From positions 991,236 to 1,055,235 of the forward strand of contig NW_018404943.1 in NCBI RefSeq assembly GCF_002113885.1: a DNA stretch of 64,000 nucleotides, read 5' to 3'. This DNA is from Mizuhopecten yessoensis (Eukaryota). Below, in pieces: positions 1 to 10,870 of this stretch. The position numbers were made by a program, and so were the translations under genes. The notes beneath the pieces are model-generated. The model was not told where the DNA came from and searched no databases. It worked only from the letters and a program-made list of their open reading frames with translations. How positions within the stretch are numbered: the first letter of the stretch is position 1; every line of letters starts with the position of its first letter.

Positions 1-738
1 TCATAGGGGGGTACTTTTTGGTCAGGGTATAAAAAGTATCCGGGGGTACATTTTGGTCGGGTGTATAAAAAGTATCCGGGGGGTGGGGAATTGAATATAG
101 GTTGGGTAATGACTATAACATAACTGTAAATGTTTCTTCATGACTCTCCAAACCAGTGTTTAAAAATTATTTTGGCATCATTTCCTGGCCCCGGGGGTGG
201 GGATTGGTGGGGTAGGGGTGGATTAATATTCCCCTGTAATGTCCTGTTCAAGTTCTGAACTCAATTGGATAAAAAAAAAAGAGAAAAATCATTTTTTTAT
301 AGGGGGGTACTTTTTGGTCAGGGTATAAAAAGTATCCGGGGGGTACATTTTGGTCGGGTGTATAAAAAGTATCCGGGGGGTGGGGAATTAAATAAAGGTT
401 GGGTAATGACTATAACATAAATGTAAATGTTTCTACTTGAGTCCCAAAACCTTATTGTGTCCAGTGTTTAAAAAAAAAATTGGCATAATTTCCTGGCCCC
501 GGGGTGGGTATTGGTGGGGTAGGGGTGAATAAACATGCAACTGTAACCTTCTAATCAACTTCTGAACTGTTATTGATTAAATTTTTTGAAACATCTGGTT
601 TTTTCATAGGGGGGTACTTTTTATACAGGGGGGGTACTTTTTGGTAGGGGTATAAAAAGTATCCGGATACTTTTTATTCTGCATAAAAAGTATCCGGATA
701 CTATTTAAGCAGGAGGTACATTTTATGCATGACACCGG
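1..738. mobile_element. Terminal part of a putative non-autonomous DNA transposon with an internal ~297-bp duplication and palindromic subterminal motifs
   Basis: 1-~297 is repeated at ~298-605. AAAAAGTATCCGG and GGGGGGTACTTTTT motifs recur. A perfect 24-bp palindrome TAAAAAGTATCCGGATACTTTTTA lies at 653-676, and the block ends abruptly at ...GCATGACACCGG. The other end is outside the window, so the superfamily is not assigned. Confidence 0.5.
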
Positions 739-1007
739 TAGTATATCAAAAGAGGGTGAAAATGACGTTACACGTTATGACTTTGATTTGAAATCCCCAA
801 AGAGGGTCATCACCCTGATTTGTATGCTGAGAGGTTGACAGGTATGGAAAATGACACAATTACATTAATTGAGTGTGATATGGACAGGTTATTTACATTG
901 GAAACAATTTTGTCTCTACAAAACCGTCCACTGCATAAAATTGTCAAAATTCAAACAATTATTTTTCTTCTGACTTGAAATGATGCAATGGAGTCCCAGT
1001 GCTTCCT

Positions 1008-2018
1008 CTCTAATACTGACAGCTGTAGCAGCATCATTGGAGGTAACTGTCTATGGTCCAATTCTAATACTGACACAGCTGTAGCAGCATTGGAGGTAAA
1101 TGTCTACGGTCCAATTCTAATACTGACACAGCTGCAGCAGCATTGGATGTAAATGTCTATGGTCTAATTCTAATACTGACACAGCTGCAGCAGCATTGGA
1201 CGCACATGCCTACGGTCCAATTCTAATACTGACACCGCTGCAGCAGCATTGGATGTAAATGTCTATGGTCCAATTCTAATACTGACACAGCTGTAGCAGC
1301 ATTGGACGTAAATGTCTACAGTCCAATTCTAATACTGACACAGCTGCAGCAGCAGTGGACGCACATGTCTACGGTCCAATTCTAATACTGCCACAGCTGC
1401 AGCAGCATTGGACGCACATGTCTACGGCCCAATTCTAATACTGACACAGCTGCAGCAGCATTGGACGCACATGCCTACGGTCCAATTCTAATACTGACAC
1501 CGCTGCAGCAGCATTGGATGTAAATGTCTATGGTCCAATTATAATACTGACACAGCTGCAGCAGCATTGGACGTAAATGTCTACAGTCCAATTCTAATAC
1601 TGACACAGCTGTAGCAGCATTGGACGTAAATGTCTACAGTCCAATTCTAATACTGACACAGCTGTAGCAGCATTGGACGTAACTGTCTACGGTCCAATTC
1701 TAATACTGACACAGCTGTAGCAGCATTGGACGTAACTGTCTACGGTCCAATTCTAATACTGACACAGCTGCAGCAGCATTGGATGTAAATGTCTATGGTC
1801 CAATTCTAATACTGACACAGCTGCAGCAGCATTGGACGTAAATGTCTACAGTCCAATTCTAATACTGACACAGCTGCAGCAGCATTGGACGCCCATGTCT
1901 ACGGTCCAATTCTAATACTGACACGGCTGCAGCAGCATTGGACGTAAATGTCTACGGTCCAATTCTAATACTGACACAGCTGCAGCAGCATTGGACATAA
2001 ATGTCTACGGTCCAATTG
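1008..2018. repeat. Minisatellite, 53-bp unit, ~19 copies
   Basis: Unit TCTAATACTGACACAGCTGCAGCAGCATTGGACGTAAATGTCTACGGTCCAAT; period 53 (1381 vs 1434). Confidence 0.95.
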
Positions 2019-2317
2019 GAATCCTGGTCAGACTCTTGTATATTTTTATTCCACCTGACTTGTTTACAATTTCTGGCAATAATCAGGATCATGTTGCAGG
2101 TATTTCATCAGAGATGTATGTAATGTATATACATCTCTGATTTCATATGTTGCAAGGTAACATCAGTAGTGGATGGAAATATTCTATGTGATATTGTAGT
2201 GGTAAGTGATTTACACAATTGCATCATTATTGCATTATATTGTGAATATTAATACACTTCTGTTATATTGGACATAAAATAATAGGCATTATGTTCATAC
2301 TTCAGTTCTATTGACAG

Positions 2318-2436
2318 GATTTTTTCACTGATGGATTGTGGGATAGACTTCCGGAGGGGTGGACAGAGGGGTTATCACAGCTAGACTCACTTGATCTGGC
2401 CTTCCTTCTTGACTCCTCACTGCCGATTCCAAACAG
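2318..2436 (+). CDS. METTL25B: METTL25B/RRNAD1 exon (first visible; upstream exon not found in window)
   Basis: ag|GAT...AG|gt. Encodes DFFTDGLWDRLPEGWTEGL..., resembling the RRNAD1 N-terminal EFFTDxLWxxLPxxW motif. Its phase-2 end joins 3397. Confidence 0.88.
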
Positions 2437-2724
2437 GTACATATTTAATACTTGACATCAGACTCCATTCAAAGGGGGGCTGCTTTTGTAATACACATGA
2501 TGACAATGGGTGAATGACATGTAACGGAGAAGATTTTGAAGGCTCATGATATTTATATAAAAGCAGCCTGACTCTAGATAAAATAAGACATGGTATGAGG
2601 AATTAATAATTGTATATTGATATACTAAAGGAGCAGACAGGTTAGACAAGTATAATAGCAAGATACCGGTTAAAGGCTTAACCTGCCCGTGGAAAATTTC
2701 TGGGAAAAAAATATATTAAAGTGT

Positions 2725-3150
2725 CTTTTTTAGGTCACTCGCATGCAAGTAAGCTTATGCTGTGATGCAACGTTCATCGTCTGTCATTGTCTGTTTGTCA
2801 TTTTTTTTACTAAAATGCCTACCATTATAGAATAGCTGATTTTTTTTTACAAATTTTGATGACGAGCAATAAAAGGCTAATGAGGGGACAACACTTGGTA
2901 TATGTGAAAGATATGGTCCTCTTCGGGGAAGAGGGGTATTGGCCCAAAATTGGAAAAAGATGTTAATCTTTAAAATTCTAATCCCAGAGTATCGGTAAAG
3001 GAATTTTAACTTTAATTGTACTGGAGCATCCTTGGGTCAGTGGGTGGGACTCAATTTTGTATAATTGAATGGTGTGGCTTACTGGGCCTCTTGTTCAAGA
3101 CTCTGGAAGTACATGTAGTTCAGTTGTGATTTACACTGTATACCATCTCT
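2725..3150 (-). mobile_element. Degenerate Helentron/HINE-like non-autonomous element
   Basis: Begins TTTTTAGGTCAC followed by a degenerate (CGTC/TGTC)n tract. This is the reverse layout of the element end at 51280-51342. Boundaries approximate. Confidence 0.4.
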
Positions 3151-3396
3151 TGTATTAATCTGTGATGATAATAGAATTTATATTAAAAGTTTGCAATATA
3201 TTGTACAAATAATGAGATAAAACAGGAAATAAAACCTCTGGTCTAGTTTTTAGTGTACCAGTGCATATGGAATTCAGAAACATCAACCAATGGAATTCAG
3301 GTATTTATTTTTGAAAATGATGAAAATCTTACAACAGCTCAGAGGTTTTGATTTTGTCATACTGAAATATCTTTCATTTGTTGTTACATTTTCTAG

Positions 3397-3676
3397 GAAG
3401 GACCTTCCTTTGACTTTGCTAGCATTTAGAGAATCTACACATGCTCTGTCCTTGGACCGACAAAAAGTGGATCTGGAGAATAAAGGGATTGGTGAAGGAC
3501 TCTTTCCATTAGATAAAGACAAAGAAAGGAAGGCTGTAGTTTCACCTCATTCTGGTGTCACAACACAGACAAAGGCCAGGGCTGACATCCAATTTGGACA
3601 ATACCTGCCACTTAACGCCTGCTTTCGCACACATGTTAAACCAAAAAAACAACATGAGATCTTACAACTTGGAAAG
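3397..3676 (+). CDS. METTL25B: METTL25B/RRNAD1 exon
   Basis: Encodes PLTLLAFR...FRTHVKPKKQHEI; the KKQHEI motif is typical of METTL25/RRNAD1. ag/gt boundaries are in frame. Confidence 0.92.
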
Positions 3677-4439
3677 GTATTGGCCATGTGTCCCTCACAT
3701 TAAGATCTTGCTATGCAATGTTTCCCATCAAATGTTGCTGACACAGAATCCTAGCCTTGTTGTATTAATTATTTGCCCATTCTGAGTCACTGACGTCTCT
3801 GCTCTGTGATTCATGCCTGTCATGGGCAGATTTGATGGTTTACAGACCGGCCTTCCATACAAGTAGCTAAGATGCAGTCCTGAAGTCCTCATTGCATCAA
3901 AGATTTTTGGAGAAAATGTTTCAAGCTCACCGTCCATAAAGTTTCCTTAGACGATCTAGGGTGATGATTGCATAATTTGATTAATAGAGAATAAAATGAG
4001 TTGAAATCTCACAACATAGATCCATAGGGGGCAGAGTAATATCAATAACCTAATGCAAATGTTAGCATGATTTTTATCACGTCTGTTTCAATAAATTTGA
4101 CCTAACTCCACTTTTAAAGATCACTTTTAAGATGTGTTAGCCAGCGCCACTGATTAATAGCGATACAGTCCCACGGGGCCTCTTGTTATCTTGGCATACC
4201 ATTGGCAATATGCTCTTGCATATTCAATAATATGCGATAGATAGAAAAATTTCTTGATCAGTATAAATTACATAATATTTTATACACTTTCCGTAATATT
4301 CACTCACATGAAATATGAAAAAGTATTAACCCCTCTCAATGAACTAAAACTGTTATCCTTCAAGAAAAAAGTAATATTCTATTTGTATATATTCTGTGTG
4401 ATACATATCAATTGAGTCGACACGTTATAAATTCCGCAG

Positions 4440-4600
4440 GCGATACAGTTGTTGGGGAGTGGGTGTAGCTGTGACCATGTGGTAGACGTCGGGGCGGGCC
4501 AGGGACACCTGTCCAGACTGCTTGCCTTCGGTCACGGCTTCAAAGTCACCACAGTAGAAGCTGCAGGCTGCCATGCACCCAAAGCAGAGAAAATGGATAA
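4440..4600 (+). CDS. METTL25B: METTL25B/RRNAD1 exon, SAM-binding motif I
   Basis: cag|GCG...AA|gtaag. Encodes AIQLLGSGCSCDHVVDVGAGQGHLSRLLAFGHGFKVTTVEA, containing DxGxGxG motif I. Confidence 0.95.
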
Positions 4601-4800
4601 GTAAGATAGTGACGAAAAAACTCCTTATAGTGTGTCATTCATAAGCTTAAACTTTGCTATCCTTTTGCTAAATGGTTCAAACTTGTATCTATGAATGAGT
4701 TATGATAAATAATTTGCGAGTAACTACGAAAAAAAGAGAAAAAAGTACCTGTTCTGTGTCTGTAAGTGCTGCTGTTTTTACTTGGACATTTATTTTTCAG

Positions 4801-4834
4801 AGACATTCAAAAGAAAATACACAGAAAGTTAAAG
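4801..4834 (+). CDS. METTL25B: METTL25B/RRNAD1 micro-exon (34 nt)
   Basis: tttttcag|A...AAG|gtaaga. Encodes (K)DIQKKIHRKLK and converts phase 2 to phase 0, which is needed to join 4600 to 4984. Confidence 0.8.
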
Positions 4835-4983
4835 GTAAGAAAAAAGAAGTTTTCCAAGTATTCTTTCATGGAGGAAATTTTTATTCTTCATACTTAATTC
4901 ATGTTGGCCAATTTATACAATATTTCTCACAGTAAACTCTGATTTGTAAACTTTGATTTGTAAACTCTGATTTGTTTTAACAG

Positions 4984-5519
4984 CGAAAACATCCAACAGA
5001 GCAGGAACAAGCTTCAGTGGATGGTAGCAAAGAGGACACTACAGCCAGCAACACAACCTCACTGCCTGATCATGTGACCTGTCTCATCCAACCAGGAACA
5101 AGTGCGGAGAAGTTTTTAGAAGTGGTCAGGGACTCTTACAGAAAACAGACTGATGTTTTAGATATTGAAGGCCAAGGAAGAGTGCCAAATCAAGATCCTT
5201 CAAATATGTCAACAGGGTCAAGATCACCAAATTCAAAAATGTGTTCAAAACATTTGAAATCAGAAAAGACAAACTCACCGAGATCACAAAACATTGAGAC
5301 AGATTGTATAAACTCTCCTGTTGATAGTGTTGATACCAAAGTAACACAACCAGGACCAGGTATCAATTGTGTCCGGGATCTATCCCAGTTTGTCTTGACT
5401 GGTCTCCATGCCTGTGGTGATTTGACCCCCACCATGCTGAGGATTTTCGCCCAGTGTCCAGATATCGTTGGTGTGGCCTCTGTTGCATGCTGTTATATGA
5501 AGCTGTCCTGTAGAGAGGG
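4984..5519 (+). CDS. METTL25B: METTL25B/RRNAD1 exon
   Basis: In frame with ORF 5017-5541. Contains LTGLHACGDL and VACCYMKL motifs. Donor GG|gtatgt. Confidence 0.92.
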
Positions 5520-5894
5520 GTATGTTATTGTTATTATATGACCGGCCAAAAGGATGGTATCATCTTATCAATCTATCTGTCCAGTCATCAACAACTTCAT
5601 TTCTGCTCCCAAAACTTCACTTTTTCTAATCTCATCCTCACCAAACCTTAAGAAGTTGTTTTATTTCATAAGAGGTGGACATGTGTACTATTTTCGGTTT
5701 AACTGGCAAAGCCAAGATCATTCAAGGTTAATTCTTTCAATCTGATTGTACGTACTGGCTGCATGTCACTGGCTTATCTCCAGATACTCTGATTTTCCTC
5801 GACCACCATGACCTGGCTTCTTAAATTACCATAGCTGTTAATAGCTGTAAAACCAAAACAAATTAATCCTATGAACGTTCAATAAATATTTCAG

Positions 5895-6031
5895 GGGAGC
5901 AGATGAGGACAGTGGTGACCTGGGATATCCAATGAGCCAGTTCACTGCGAATCTCAAAGACAATCATCTGAGCTTCGAGGCCAGGGCAATGGCATGTCAT
6001 TTTGCAGATTCTTACAAAGAAAGACTCCTTG
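5895..6031 (+). CDS. METTL25B: METTL25B/RRNAD1 exon
   Basis: Encodes GYPMSQF...LSFEARAMACHFADSYKERL; phases 2/1 are compatible with the neighbouring exons. Confidence 0.9.
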
Positions 6032-6149
6032 GTAACTATGTTTAATTAAATGTCTGATTGGTATGTTAAAGAACTCATTATGAATTTTTGAGAATTCTTC
6101 AAAACAATGCTTGGGTTGTCGGTGTACCTGTGCCAAAACTGAACAGGGT

Positions 6150-6252
6150 TGATTAATTGCTGACGACCAGATTGTTGGAGTGTCGGTCAAAAGTTGGGAG
6201 GTCCGAGGTTTGAACACTGGTCTGGCTGTTACATTTTTCCACCCATGTTACA
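6150..6252 (+). mobile_element. Degenerate tRNA-derived SINE-like fragment
   Basis: B-box-like GGTTTGAACAC preceded by GGGAGGTCCGA and followed by CTGGTCTGGCTGTTACATTTT...TGTTACA. No intact cloverleaf. Confidence 0.4.
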
Positions 6253-6599
6253 TACCAGCTATTCTGTTTGTTTGTCTATGTTAACTTGTGTCTTATATTT
6301 GCAACATGCCATGGCTGTGGCCTAGCTACCGCGTGGGGATATAGGGGCAAGGAGGGTTAGCAAAAACTCTGTAAGTTAACTTTCTTAAATATATTTGGAT
6401 TTCAATGAAACTTGAGTATGTGCCTACTGTTAAATGTGAATTAAAATGAATAAAGATATTCAACTTTATTTTACAACAAGTGTCTTCTGACAGGAACTGT
6501 TCAATGTGAGTTCAGATAAAAACGTTGAGGGTCTATGGAGGGATGCATTTTTTTTCACTTGTACACCAAGTTGAATATGTAGTGTGCTTATATTGCCAG

Positions 6600-6732
6600 C
6601 CAACCCGCCTAGTCTGAAGTTGCACTGCTACAGGGCTGCATTACAGTATATCATCAAAGAGGTCTACCCAGACTTCAGCCAGGGCAGCATACGGCTCTCC
6701 ATCAAACACTCAGACACCATGACATTTGAAAG
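6600..6732 (+). CDS. METTL25B: METTL25B/RRNAD1 exon
   Basis: Encodes NPPSLKLHCYRAALQYII, containing the HCYRAAL motif; phases 1/2. Confidence 0.92.
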
Positions 6733-6986
6733 GTAGGCTGGTACAAACTCACAACTGACTATACTGTTTTATATGTATTCTCTTAGGTTATTGAAGAATA
6801 AGATGCTTATATGAAACTTCTTAACCCTTTTTTTTTTTTATATATTGTCATTTAAAATACAGACTTGGTCAAGCTCATTACTAACCATACAAAGACATCT
6901 GACACCAGAAAAGTAGACTGGCTCAAAGTTGGTACATTTGTTTATTCTCAAGTTCTTCATTGTGCTGTTTGCTCCGATTTAAAAAG

Positions 6987-7972
6987 CACATACATAGATA
7001 AATACTCCACGATAATAAAGGACATACATAGATAAATACTCAACGATAATAAAGGACATACATAGATAAATACTCAACGATAATAAAGGACATACATAGA
7101 TAAATACTCAACGATAATAAAGGACATACATAGATAAATACTCAACGATAATAAAGGACATACATAGATAAATACTCAACGATAATAAAGGACATACATA
7201 GATAAATACTCAACGATAATAAAGGACATACATAGATAAATACTCAACGATAATAAAGGACATACATAGATAAATACTCAACGATAATAAAGGACATACA
7301 TAGATAAATACTCAACGATAATAAAGGACATACATAGATAAATACTCAACGATAATAAAGGACATACATAGATAAATACTCAACGATAATAAAGGACATA
7401 CATAGATAAATACTCAACGATAATAAAGGACATACATAGATAAATACTCAACGATAATAAAGGACATACATAGATAAATACTCAACGATAATAAAGGACA
7501 TACATAGATAAATACTCAACGATAATAAAGGACATACATAGATAAATACTCAACGATAATAAAGGACATACATAGATAAATACTCAACGATAATAAAGGA
7601 CATACATAGATAAATACTCAACGATAATAAAGGACATACATAGATAAATACTCAACGATAATAAAGGACATACATAGATAAATACTCAACGATAATAAAG
7701 GACATACATAGATAAATACTCAACGATAATAAAGGACATACATAGATAAATACTCAACGATAATAAAGGACATACATAGATAAATACTCAACGATAATAA
7801 AGGACATACATAGATAAATACTCAACGATAATAAAGGACATACATAGATAAATACTCAACGATAATAAAGGACATACATAGATAAATACTCAACGATAAT
7901 AAAGGACATACATAGATAAATACTCAACGATAATAAAGGACATACATAGATAAATACTCAACGATAATAAAG
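6987..7972. repeat. Near-perfect minisatellite, 34-bp unit, ~29 copies
   Basis: Unit GACATACATAGATAAATACTCAACGATAATAAAG; period 34 (7021, 7055, 7089). Confidence 0.97.
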
Positions 7973-8062
7973 CACGAATAGGAATTTTATAGTGTTGCTA
8001 TAGTGAAATTTAAAGTTGGGTTTGGAAATTCTATATTTATTCTCTCAAGTAAACTGTTACAG

Positions 8063-8250
8063 CTATGTGAAGACTAGCCTTCGAAGACTGGGCCTAGATC
8101 CGGATGTGCCAGTCCAGGTGTTGCAGCAGGCACAGAGTTACCTCCCCTGCTGGCAAAAGGTGGTGGCCTTCTACACTTTACGATTGTCGCTTGCCCCGGT
8201 AGTAGAGAGCCTCATTCTGCTGGACAGGATGCTTTACTTGTACGAACAAG
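8063..8250 (+). CDS. METTL25B: METTL25B/RRNAD1 exon
   Basis: Encodes VVAFYTLRLSLAPVVESLILLDRMLYLYEQ, the conserved APxxExLILLDR motif; donor G|gtgag. Confidence 0.93.
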
Positions 8251-8889
8251 GTGAGAACTGGGCTGCTTTCGTTTATTGCCATCCAAACGATTTAACCGGC
8301 TTGACCAAAATTGTTCCGTTATGAAAGAAGGTCGAACGTAGTAATCTGATGCTGCTTTCAGGCGAGCCTCGACAAAGTTTTGCATGGCCTGCATAAACAT
8401 TGCAGGTCCGTCAGGATTTATACCAAAATGTTACATTTAAAAACAGACAAACCGGTTGTTCTGCATAAATGAACTGTACTATGAACTGTAATACTTTTTT
8501 GCAGATGGGTATCATGACTAGCTGCTATTTAATATATCACGCCCTTCAAAGCTTCTATGGTATGTTAGAACAGATTCAAGAAATATCTAATATTGGATTC
8601 GCCTGCCCTCCTCAACGGTAAAAAGGGGGATGGAAATTTTCAGTTTTACTATATTAAACCAATGAACAATGGAAAAAAACACATTAGTAAAGAGTCTGAT
8701 TTGTCTGATTGTGACATAAATACATGTATGTAAGTTGTCTTACTTGTTCTTCTACTCTTGTAGACAAATATCTGGTGTTATACATTTTGTGTCCAACCAA
8801 AAGATATTTTACCACGATGGAAATGGCAGTTGATTCCTTGTTTGAGGCATGTGCTATTTTAATTCAGTCTATTCCTTTATATTTTCTAG

Positions 8890-8993
8890 GGATACCAAGT
8901 GTACTGTTGCCAATATTTGACCCCGCCCTGTCACCAAGAAATTTTGTATTGCTGGCTTCTAGGAAATGTTCCGTGGACATCACCACTTCCTGA
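8890..8993 (+). CDS. METTL25B: METTL25B/RRNAD1 last coding exon
   Basis: Encodes GIPSVLLPIFDPALSPRNFVLLASRKCSVDITTS-stop, with the conserved PxFDPxxSPRN motif. Confidence 0.93.
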
Positions 8994-9055
8994 CAAATCT
9001 GATGTCTCCTTCATCAAGGAATTTTGTACTACTGGCATCTAGGACACAATCAACA

Positions 9056-9445
9056 GACATCACCACTCCCAGGAGACGTTACCCATGACATCACCACTCC
9101 CAGGATACGTTACCCATGATATCACCACTTCCAGGATACGTTACCCATGATATCACCACTCCCAGGAGACGTTACCCATGACATCACCACTCCCAGGATA
9201 CGTTACCCATGATATCACCACTCCAAGGATACGTTACCAATGATATCACCACTCCCAGGATACGTTACCCATGACATCACCACTCCCAGGATACGTTAGC
9301 AATGATATCACCACTCCAAGGATACATAACCCATGATATCACCACTCCAAGGATACATAACCCATGACATCACCACTCCCAGGATACGTTACCCATGATA
9401 TCACCACTCCCAGGATACGTTACCCATGATATCACCACTCCCATG
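9056..9445. repeat. Minisatellite, 31-bp unit, ~12 copies, in the METTL25B 3' UTR
   Basis: Unit GATATCACCACTCCCAGGATACGTTACCCAT. Confidence 0.93.
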
Positions 9446-9543
9446 ATATCAAGGAACTTCATACTTTACAATTTCTAGGAAACATGGTATCCACGGACAT
9501 CACACCTTGATACATCACCAAGGAACTTTGTGCTACTAGCTGC

Positions 9544-9625
9544 TTAACCCTTTCATCCCTATGTAGACTCTACCATGCATTGATCTGGATGTGTCCATTA
9601 TGGTCTACAGTGGTGAAAGGGTCAA
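9544..9625. mobile_element. TTAA-flanked MITE (piggyBac-like), family A copy 1
   Basis: TTAA-CCCTTTCA...TGAAAGGG-TCAA; reverse-complement match to 12796-12886. Confidence 0.75.
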
Positions 9626-10096
9626 CAATCAAATAGTTCATCAGTTTCTGTACCGATACAATATATTGATACATGTATACACAAAATCTGCATCTTCTTT
9701 ATACTTCAGTAGATACAGAAACTATTTGTGCTTCACACTGATTGTTGTTGATATCTCTTTATGTTTGACTCGGAGTATGACCCATTGTTTTTTCGCTGTC
9801 CAGAAGATTTCATGGAACCCACTTTTGGTCAGTATCATGTTATACTGCAGTACTGATTGTAGTTTTATTATTCATGGCAAAGACAGTCACAACTAGGTAC
9901 TCAATATTTTAATGCCAAAATCAGGAAAATGGCTAGCATACAATATATAATTGGAAGGTGGGTGGCTGCATGGGTTGAGTGTTCGTCTATTTAATCAAAG
10001 ACTTTACTAGTTGTACCAAAATTTCAGATATAAGAATTTTATCAATGATTATAGCTGGTCTCCTTCACATACATGTACTAGGAAAACTGACGAGAG

Positions 10097-10102
10097 AATA
10101 AA
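10097..10102 (+). promoter_or_regulatory. Candidate polyadenylation signal for METTL25B
   Basis: AATAAA about 1.1 kb after the stop codon, with a T-rich tract downstream. Confidence 0.45.
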
Positions 10103-10128
10103 ACAACAAGTAAATATCATTGTAAGAA

Positions 10129-10134
10129 TTTATT
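10129..10134 (-). promoter_or_regulatory. Candidate distal polyadenylation signal for the furin gene
   Basis: TTTATT on plus is AATAAA on minus, at the end of a ~7-kb ORF-poor tract below the furin stop codon. Confidence 0.35.
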
Positions 10135-10725
10135 TGTTTACATCATGATTTCTTTAGTAGTGCTACACAAGGAAGAATAATTTACAAATCATTTACATGT
10201 AAATGAGGACATATTTGTTGAGATGATTTTTCAGCAGTCAATTTACTGGTGTAACAGCACACCAGTGATAAGTATTACTGCTGTTCTATAACCTAGTACT
10301 GGTCAGACTTGCCTTCAGTCATTTGATTTCCCATTGGTCAACACACTCCGCTGTAATCAAGAGACCAGTAGCAAGCCTACTTACCAGTGGGTGGTGGACT
10401 GTACTGGAAAATAGCTCTCGGCACTTAATGTATATAGCGTTGTTTTACGCAGTGTTTTGTGTTGAGGATAATTCCAGTATTACACAATAACCAGCAGTGA
10501 AGACAAGTCTGTACAAAGGCATGCTATAGCCACACTCCTGTTCTGTGAGATGGTTTTAGTGTGCTACATTTCACTGTACTAGCGCTGACCTTCCAGTAAT
10601 AAAAAGGGTTGACCTATCACCAAACCAAGTCCAGCATTATTTTGGTCTGTGATAATAACCGTAAACCTTGTTGATGTGTAATCCAAGGTTTGGTGACAGT
10701 CAACCTAATATAACCTACAATGTAC

Positions 10726-10870
10726 TAGCCCTGATTCATGAAACGATCCAAGTCTAAAATTGTCTTAAGTTTTATCTCAACCAATCACACATTATGTCAT
10801 GAAAAGTGACGTCGTACATGATTGGCTAAGCAAATCCTCAAGTTTAAGATTGTTTCATGATCCCGGGACC
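10726..10870. mobile_element. Degenerate MITE, possibly PIF/Harbinger-like
   Basis: Imperfect terminal inverted repeats CCCTGATTCATGAAAC ... GTTTCATGATCCCGGG. Confidence 0.5.

Noticed and set aside
6150-6252. Possible tRNA gene
   Set aside because: Only a degenerate B-box and no intact cloverleaf; treated as a SINE-like relic.
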